The notes beneath the pieces were generated by a model. The model saw nothing but the letters and a program-made list of their open reading frames with translations, searched no databases and was not told where the DNA came from. From Octopus vulgaris (taxonomy: Eukaryota), in contig OX597815.1 in NCBI GenBank assembly GCA_951406725.2, forward strand, positions 99,882,001-99,946,000: a stretch of DNA of 64,000 nucleotides. Reading direction: 5' to 3'. Of this stretch, positions 55,812 through 64,000 are shown piece after piece. The first letter of the stretch is position 1. Each line of letters opens with the position of its first letter. The position numbers and the translations under genes are program-made.

Positions 55812-55876
55812 GTATGTATGCATAAATGTATTTATGTGAAGTATGTACTCATTCATATACAAATATATGTACACGT

Positions 55877-55917
<41 letters not shown>

Positions 55918-56344
55918 TATGTATTATACATATGTACGTATAAATCACAAATCAGTTTTGATTTTTTTCTTTAGTGCTATGTCCCTAAAACATGATTGTG
56001 ACCTCCAAATTACAATTTTCTTGCATTAAAACAACGTTTAGCAAGAATCACCAGGGAAAAGAGCAATAATATTAATTGTATGTTGATAATATAGATTTAA
56101 GTGACAATAACCCGGAGACAAAGAAAAGATGAGAGCAAATTATGTGGAAGCATAAAAGATCAGATCATTTAGGAGACAAAAGATAATTACAGACGTGATG
56201 ATGGCTGGGGAGACATTGTACAAAGAATGCTGGTGGATTTAATACATTTTCCCAACAATGTTTTAGTATTTCGCTCTCGTACTAGGATGTATGCAATTGG
56301 ACATATAAATGTGCATGTCTGTATGTGCGTATTGATATATTTAT

Positions 56345-56434
<90 letters not shown>

Positions 56435-57017
56435 GTGTATGTGTGTATGTGTGTGTGTTTATGTGTGCCTGTGTATATACCCATTCAGGCATTCATACAT
56501 ACATATACATACATGCATACATACATGCATGCATACACACAAACATGTATATGAATAGCAGAAAAATCAATGCCGTCTCTCGCTTACAAGTCTGACATGG
56601 TACATGTACTAAACTTTTGTTAATTCTTCTAGGGCTATGAGGAGCATTCCAGAAGTTTTCAGACTTTTTTTTTAGCAGAGGCAGTTATATTACGGCATAT
56701 TACAAAACATCTAATAAGTTGACCAGCCAACATGTTATTCCAGATTTGAACACACTTTGAACACAATCTATAAAACACTGCTTTCCACACTTACTGCACA
56801 CTGCTCACAGACATCTTCCACGCTACAATTGTTTTTGTTTCAGCACGCCATCTCAGATCAAGTCATTTGCTATGCAAGAACATCTCCGCAATATATCTTG
56901 TATAGCAAATAACTTGATCTGAAATGGCGTGCTGAAACAATAACAATTGCAGCGTGGAAGATGTCTGTGAGCCATTCAAAAAACGTTAGTTTCACTTCAT
57001 CATTTAAATTTCATTTG

Positions 57018-57064
57018 TGTCAAAATATTTTTGTCGCTATGAAACCGTGACCTGTTCACTGACA
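57018..57064 (-). ncRNA. Hammerhead variant with G3-C8 core, decayed
   Basis: Minus strand tgtca-GTGAACA-g-gtcac-ggtttcata-gcgac-aAA-AATATT-T-tgaca; sister copy on + at 57089-57135 keeps GAA. Confidence 0.6.
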
Positions 57065-57162
57065 GAACTGAGATGCAGCACAAAGTTTTGTCAGTGAATT
57101 GGTCACGGTTTCCAAGCCACGAACATATTTTGACACAAATGAAATTTAAATGTTTTTTTTTT

Positions 57163-57374
57163 TCTTTTCTACTCTAGGCACAAGGCCTGAAATGTTGAGG
57201 GAGGGTCCAGTCGAGTAGATCGACCCCAGTACGCAACTGGTACTTAATTTATAGACCCCCGAAATGATAAAAGGCAAAGTCCAGCTCGGCGGAATGTGAA
57301 ATCAGAACGTAAAGACACGAAAAACCGCTAAGCATTTCGCCCGGCGTGTTAACGTTTCTGCCAGCTCGCCGCCT
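57163..57374 (-). mobile_element. SINE family B, tail type 2, with TSD
   Basis: Full head; TSD gaaatttaaatgtt (57141) / gaaatataaatgtt (57378). Confidence 0.9.
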
Positions 57375-57630
57375 TTTGAAATATAAATGTTGAAATGAAA
57401 CTAATGGGTTATTGGACGACATCTTTCACGCTGCAATTGTATATATATATAGGATGGACTCTCTCGTCGTGAACGCCAAATGAAGTTTCAGTAAAATAAA
57501 ACTGTAATCATCTTCTAAAGAACACATCTGTCACTTGAGGCCTGCTGGTACCTTAAAAATCTTTTGGGATTCAAAATCAGTGGGATTCCGTTTGCTTGTT
57601 TTCTTGAGTGGACAGGCAGACAGACAGACT

Positions 57631-57700
<70 letters not shown>

Positions 57701-57982
57701 CAGACAGATTCATACACACACACACATACATGTATGCATGCAAACATATACATATGCATATATAGATATATATATGCGCGTGTATACGTGTAAAAGGTAT
57801 CTATACACAGCAATACTATATAACGCAAACTGCGTATATGGATCACAGACTAACGTCTTCGATTCGTCGCTGCAAATGGAAACATGTATGCTTATGAAAC
57901 ACAGCAAACATTTTTTTTTTGTTAATGTTCCACGTCACATTTCCTGCGCTATCCAGTTTTTAATCTTACCGTCATTGGACGA

Positions 57983-58018
<36 letters not shown>

Positions 58019-58044
58019 CATCATCATCATCATCATCATTATCC

Positions 58045-58084
<40 letters not shown>

Positions 58085-58672
58085 TATTCAGATTGCTATT
58101 GTTGTTTTCTTCTCTTTCTTTCCAATGTCCCATATTATTGATTTCCCTTGAGAAATAAGACATGGTACATAAATGGTAGTTGAATTGGCGTGAAGAATCA
58201 TTCTACAACATAATATTTGTGTCGTTATGCATGTCCCCAAGCCATTGATATTACCAAATGACTAACGTATTAGCTTAGCTTCGAAACTCTCTTGTTCTGT
58301 CTTTTTTCCCTAATGGCGATTTGTGTTTAAAGCTTCAAACAATTATTATCCAATTACAGGAATTCGTTTTGTACTCTTTTCTGATTTATTTTATTTACTT
58401 TGAATGTCTATAGATTATAATTTAATTTACCGCTACTTTGTTTGTTTGTTTGTTTGCTTGTTTGTTTGTTTCTCTGTGTGTCTGTGTGTCGGTGAGTCTG
58501 TGTACTTGTGAGTGGGAGCATGTGCGCGCTTGTATCTATCTTCTTGTGCAATTCTTTCAAGGAGTGTCTAGTTTCTTTTGCCAGTGTTGGCTGGTTAACA
58601 CACACACGCGCACACTCACACACACACACGCACACACACACACACACCACATACATATATTTATAGATAGAC

Positions 58673-58711
<39 letters not shown>

Positions 58712-58745
58712 TCCATACATACATATATACATATATGTAAACATA

Positions 58746-58968
<223 letters not shown>

Positions 58969-59150
58969 TTACATACATATACTGCTTATGTGTTTTACTG
59001 AAACTTTGTACATTAATGTTGCTCTCTACCTATGTATTGATCTTTATCAAAGTTATCACTTTCTTCTGTCTCCTTGTATAAGTGGAGAAGTACGCATGCA
59101 TCACGCATACGTGTGTGTGTGAGTCTTCGTGTGTGTGTGTGTCTGTGTCT

Positions 59151-59227
<77 letters not shown>

Positions 59228-59229
<2 letters not shown>

Positions 59230-59665
59230 CTTCCCAATCCCATGGTTCTGGATTCAGTCCTACCGCTTGACACCTTTAGCAAGTGTCTTCCACCAGCTTC
59301 TTTCAGTTTCCGTCTACCTAATCCTTATCAGTGGATTTGGTGGGCAGAAACTGAAAGAAGCTCGTCGTATATATGTGCATGTATGGATGTGGATGTATCT
59401 TTGTGTTCGTGTTTCTATTTGTCCCCTACTACCGCTTGACGAATGGCATTCTGGTGTTTACGTTCTCGTAACCTAGTGACTCGGTATAAGAGAGCGATAG
59501 AATGAGTAAGAGGCTTTAAAAAAAGAAGAAATGGGGTCGATTTTGCGACAAGGTATTTCAAGGCGATACCATAGCATGGCCACAGTCCAATGACTGAAGC
59601 AAGTAAAAGATGAAAGAACATGGTGCCCCAGCATGGCCACAGCTCATAAGCTGAAACTAGAATCA
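59228..59665 (+). mobile_element. SINE family A with doubled tail
   Basis: Body matches 6904-7312; second tail ggtgccccagcatggccacagctcataagctgaaac at 59620-59663. Confidence 0.8.
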
Positions 59666-59673
59666 ATCAATCA

Positions 59674-59720
<47 letters not shown>

Positions 59721-61844
59721 ACACATTTATACATGTATGTGTATATGCACATATACATATGTGGGTGCTGTATGGCCAAAAAGTTCAGTTTGATTCGTAA
59801 CCAATATACCTGGGGTTTGATTTCACAGTATAGGTTTTTGGGTAAGTGTCGGATTTTTTAGTCCCGGAGAGCCCATACCTTCTGAATAAAAATGGGAAGA
59901 CGGAAACTTCACGGATGCCCGTCATGAGGTGGAGTCTATTTGAAATTCAAGTAAAATGCACTATTGTCACATTTTGTGCCACATAGTTTGTCCCTAACAA
60001 TTACGTTAAGGTACAAGGATATTTGAATGGTCAGCCATTTCTACGTTACTTCATGAACAAGTAATGCAATCGGCCGAAGAGCTGAAGCTGTATTGTCAAA
60101 CGACGTGTGCGTGTGTATGAATGTGTGTATGTGTATGAGTATGCACGTGTATCTGTGAGAGAGAGTATGTGTGTGTATTTGTGTGTGTGTGTATGTGTGT
60201 GTGTGCGTGTATGTGTGTGTGTGTGTAGGTGTGGGTGTGTGGGGGTTGAGTACATGTATCCGACAAACAAATATGTTTTTAGGTTTTATAATCTTAGCAG
60301 CAGTTATCAGCCAGGATCTTGCTGATACAGGCTTTATTCAATATGTTGAAATAAAAGAAACAACTAAAAATATATATAATAATGATATAAATGTACGTGT
60401 GTGTGTGCATGTGTGTGTGTGCGTACGTGTGTGTGCGCGCACGTATATTTGCATACGAGGAGCTACATTATACAATTGGAAAACGAAGAACAAGAAGAAA
60501 GGCCACAACACCACATTCTTGCATAGGTCGCTTATGATTTAAAAAAAAATAAACACTAAACTATCCAGAATTATAGCATATATTCGCAAGCTCTTGTGTA
60601 ACTGGTATTCGATACTAACATTAAATCTTAAATTACATTAACTTAATGGGCTTAGCAGTGAGAAGGTATCCGAAATCAATAGCTAAGAAAAAGAAAAAGA
60701 AAACTAAAGAAGAATGGAAGAGCAACAGTCATTGTTTCGAATACATTTATATCACTGGAACACAGGAGATAATTCTGTAGTTCCCTTAAATTAACATTTA
60801 ATTAGTTTAACTAGATGTTAGCATAAACTTAATTGGTATTCTAAAATATGATCAGCTTTAAAACGTATAGGTTAATGTGCGATTTCAGTATTCTCACATA
60901 CATTTACGTATAATGAAGTCGCAGATGTAACAACAGGGAATATATACGTTACCGCATGAACGAGGGCAGAGTGGATGGATGAGAAAAGTAGTTGTCCGTT
61001 TTCAGTTCATTATATGTTTATCGTCAGATTATTGTATCGGACGCCACGGTCCAATGGGAAACAAATGAATTACTCAGAGAGTTCTGTTTATAGTAGTAGT
61101 GTGTGTTCAGAGAGAAGTAAGGATGTTCCTGTGAAAGTAGTTTGTGCTAGTGTTAGTGTAGATAGTACTTTTGAAAGATCTTCATTTTGACAAACTAAAC
61201 TCAGGACTGCGCCTGTTCTCTGTTCCCCAATCTATCTCTCTGCCTCTGGTCGTGTCTTCAGACCTGATTTCTTTTATACGATCCAGATCAATGACAACTG
61301 GACAGAGTGGTAATGCCGTTATCTCTCAAAAAAAAAAAAAACGAAAGCTTTTCGCTTGCAATTTTATGGTCAGGATTTTTGCGAACATTTATTAATCAAT
61401 CCACTTATTTACAAGGAATTTTACTGATCGGAAACAAGCTTTGGGTCTAGAATCAAGTGTATACTTTCTACGCGTTATTTTACAGTTTAAACCATTTAGT
61501 CATATCTGTCAGTACTAAATCTATGTCCTTTTGTGCTCGATCGTCGTTGTACACAGCTAAAGTAAAGCTATATTTAATGCACTTTGCGATTTTTCCCAAG
61601 TTTTAAAATGAAGAACTTGGAATAGATGCAAGATTGCGTCAAATTCTACTTTAAATTTACGGCGACTTCTTTGCAAATATTGCAAGAGCTTGTGTCATCG
61701 AGTGTTTAAGCCAGGTACAAGATTATGATTGGTACCAGTGATTCAAATAGAATGTTATGAACTGACTTCTCTGAGTTGTACTGCGTGTATATGAAAGGTT
61801 TCTTTGCATGCGTAAGATAGAAACTAATCAATTGCGTGCAGTTT

Positions 61845-62210
61845 GGTTTTGTTGTTAATATGTGGGTTGGTCTTGCTACTAATAATGGCTTCTTTTATTC
61901 TCAAGTTCCCAATGTTTCGTTCCGTGAATTCAATGGAAACCTAGAAGTCTTGGGTGTAACATTTCCGTGGGTGATTTTTGGTGGAAGAAGCATTAGCATA
62001 AATACGTTCTTTAACCGATATTTGTATTGTCTGATGGTACTTTCGATGTAGGATTCATAACTGAGTGACATGGTGGGCAAGTGAGATTCAACATAGTTTC
62101 AGATCGGTTCAAGCTTTGTGAGTGAAACTGGATAGGTAGAAACTGTTTGAAAACCTGTCTTATAGATTGTACTTTTAAAAAAATGCCCAGATTTGTCAAA
62201 CATTGATTCA
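61845..62210 (-). mobile_element. PLE GIY-YIG remnant
   Basis: Minus strand LTCPPCH..SYIESTIRQYKYRLK...LRIKEAIISSKTNPHINNK, across frameshifts. Confidence 0.65.
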
Positions 62211-63000
62211 CGCTAATTCTGTAAGGGGATTACGTTAAGCACACACATATCTTCAGAATACTTAGCCAGTTAGACTCTTATTCTAATGAACATGTAGTTC
62301 AGTTGATCAAACAACTGAATACTCATCATCCAAACTGACGGGAGAACCATCACCTTAAGTGTTTGTGCGTAAATGCAGGGAAGTATATTGAGGTACACCT
62401 ATACAAATGGTATAACGTCATGCTTTGTTAGTGAATGAATGCATCTGTGTGTGTGTCTGGTTACTTATCAGTATGAACATGATTATGATTGTGTATGAGT
62501 GTAGGTGTATGGGTGTATATGAGTTTCTCTTCAGAAATGCATTTGTGCCCCTGTATATGCGTATGTATTTGTTTATAATTTTATGTATATGCCGGTAAAT
62601 GTAATTCTAATTATTTATTAGATATTATATATGGAAAAAGATACATAGCTGTATGTATGTATGTGTGTGTATGTGTGTGTACGTGTGTATTAGGTATTTG
62701 TGTTTATATAATATATATACATATATATATATATGCAAACTGATATATAGAATATGTGTATGTATATATGTATGTATAGATAAAAAAGCTATGCGTGTAG
62801 ACTGCTAAAAATAGAATTATATTCTCTTACATATAATATGCATATAGAGAATTGATTAAGTGGTGCACACATATATATAAAACGCATATATACGAACTTA
62901 TAGGTCTTAGGAATGCTTATATATGCAAGATTTTTATATACAGATTGACGTATAGTTAGATAGAAAACTAGAAAACAGACAGACAAACTGACAGACAGAC

Positions 63001-63177
<177 letters not shown>

Positions 63178-64000
63178 AACAGGTACAGACTTCCAAATAA
63201 ATATCAAAAGTGTTTCATCGTGTTTATTGTAAATATGTCGTAAAGAAAAAGACCATCATCTATTACAGAAACTATCTGTATATTCCTTAAGAGAAAAAGC
63301 TTTAAATGATTTATCTCCAAAGAAGCTATAAAGTATCTGCTGACGGCCTAATATTTATTTTGTACAAACCTCACTGCTCCTTTCCTTAATAAAAATCGTA
63401 TGATATATTGGTCATTTGTTTTGATGCTAAATTAAGATACTGAATCATAGAAAGCATATCTCTTTCATCAACTGATAAACGGAACAGTTCAGAATTTACT
63501 AAAATCTCTAGAACCTTTGCTGACTATTATAATACCAGCATGTTCCTTGCTCAAGGTAACTGGCTTGATGGATTCCACTAGCTACCACCATACATCACAA
63601 ACCACGCCTCTAGACTCGTCGGCTTTCTTAATGACGCACAAAGCAGTTGCCTTTCCTCCTGGGTAACAACGTCCATTTTCCTGCATTGCCGCCCTCCTTG
63701 AGACATTAAGTTTGCACATCACACGTGACGGACAGTGTATTAAGCTAAAGATCAATGAACAGAATTTTAGTTGTGATATTTCACGCTGGGACTCACAGTT
63801 CGGGGGATTGACAATATCTTCCCATGCGATACCTCGAGAAAAAATACACTTTGGATTTATTTTGACCCGGTATATGAAATAAACCAAAGAAACAAAAATA
63901 AAGAATTCTATTAAAAAAAGAAAAAAGTCAGCAAAGAATGATAAGAGACGGAAATGAAGATATTGTAAATAGATTAACTTGATGAAATTGAGACGGGAAG

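Larger units (their letters stand above)
56803..57441. mobile_element. Double fold-back PLE-like terminal element split by a SINE
   Basis: Hairpin 1 spans 56803-56972. Hairpin 2 has arms 56943-57068 and 57084-57152 plus 57378-57441, each carrying an HHR-like motif. Confidence 0.75.

Noticed and set aside
60990-61033. Minus-strand CTGACGA...GAAAACGGAC hammerhead-like spacing
   Set aside because: No stem I or II pairing and U16.1 missing.

Overview
AT-rich animal genomic DNA, very rich in microsatellites ((TA)n, (CA)n, (TATG)n, (GATA)n, (AAG)n, (TAG)n). The repeat landscape suggests a cephalopod such as Octopus; this is inference only. I found no host protein-coding gene, and nearly all ORFs in the track are microsatellite artefacts, so the window is probably intergenic or intronic. 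It holds decayed mobile elements: Penelope-like element (PLE) RT and GIY-YIG fragments, RTE, CR1/L2/Jockey-group and probable L1/Tx1 LINE remnants, a Tc1 (IR/DR type) and a maT-like DNA transposon, a non-autonomous Helitron-like element and three modular tRNA-derived SINE families. The main signal is non-coding: about ten hammerhead-ribozyme (HHR) motifs, mostly minimal type I with a palindromic stem III, many 70-110 nt upstream of a microsatellite junction. Three stand out: a tRNA-headed HHR mini-element with a PLE-style inverted copy (29.8-30.2 kb), an HHR with the C3-G8 core pair swapped to G3-C8 (57.0-57.1 kb), and an apparent non-circularly permuted (pseudoknotted) hammerhead with all three stems in exact register (43113-43178). 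All calls are by eye; no searches or folding programs were run.
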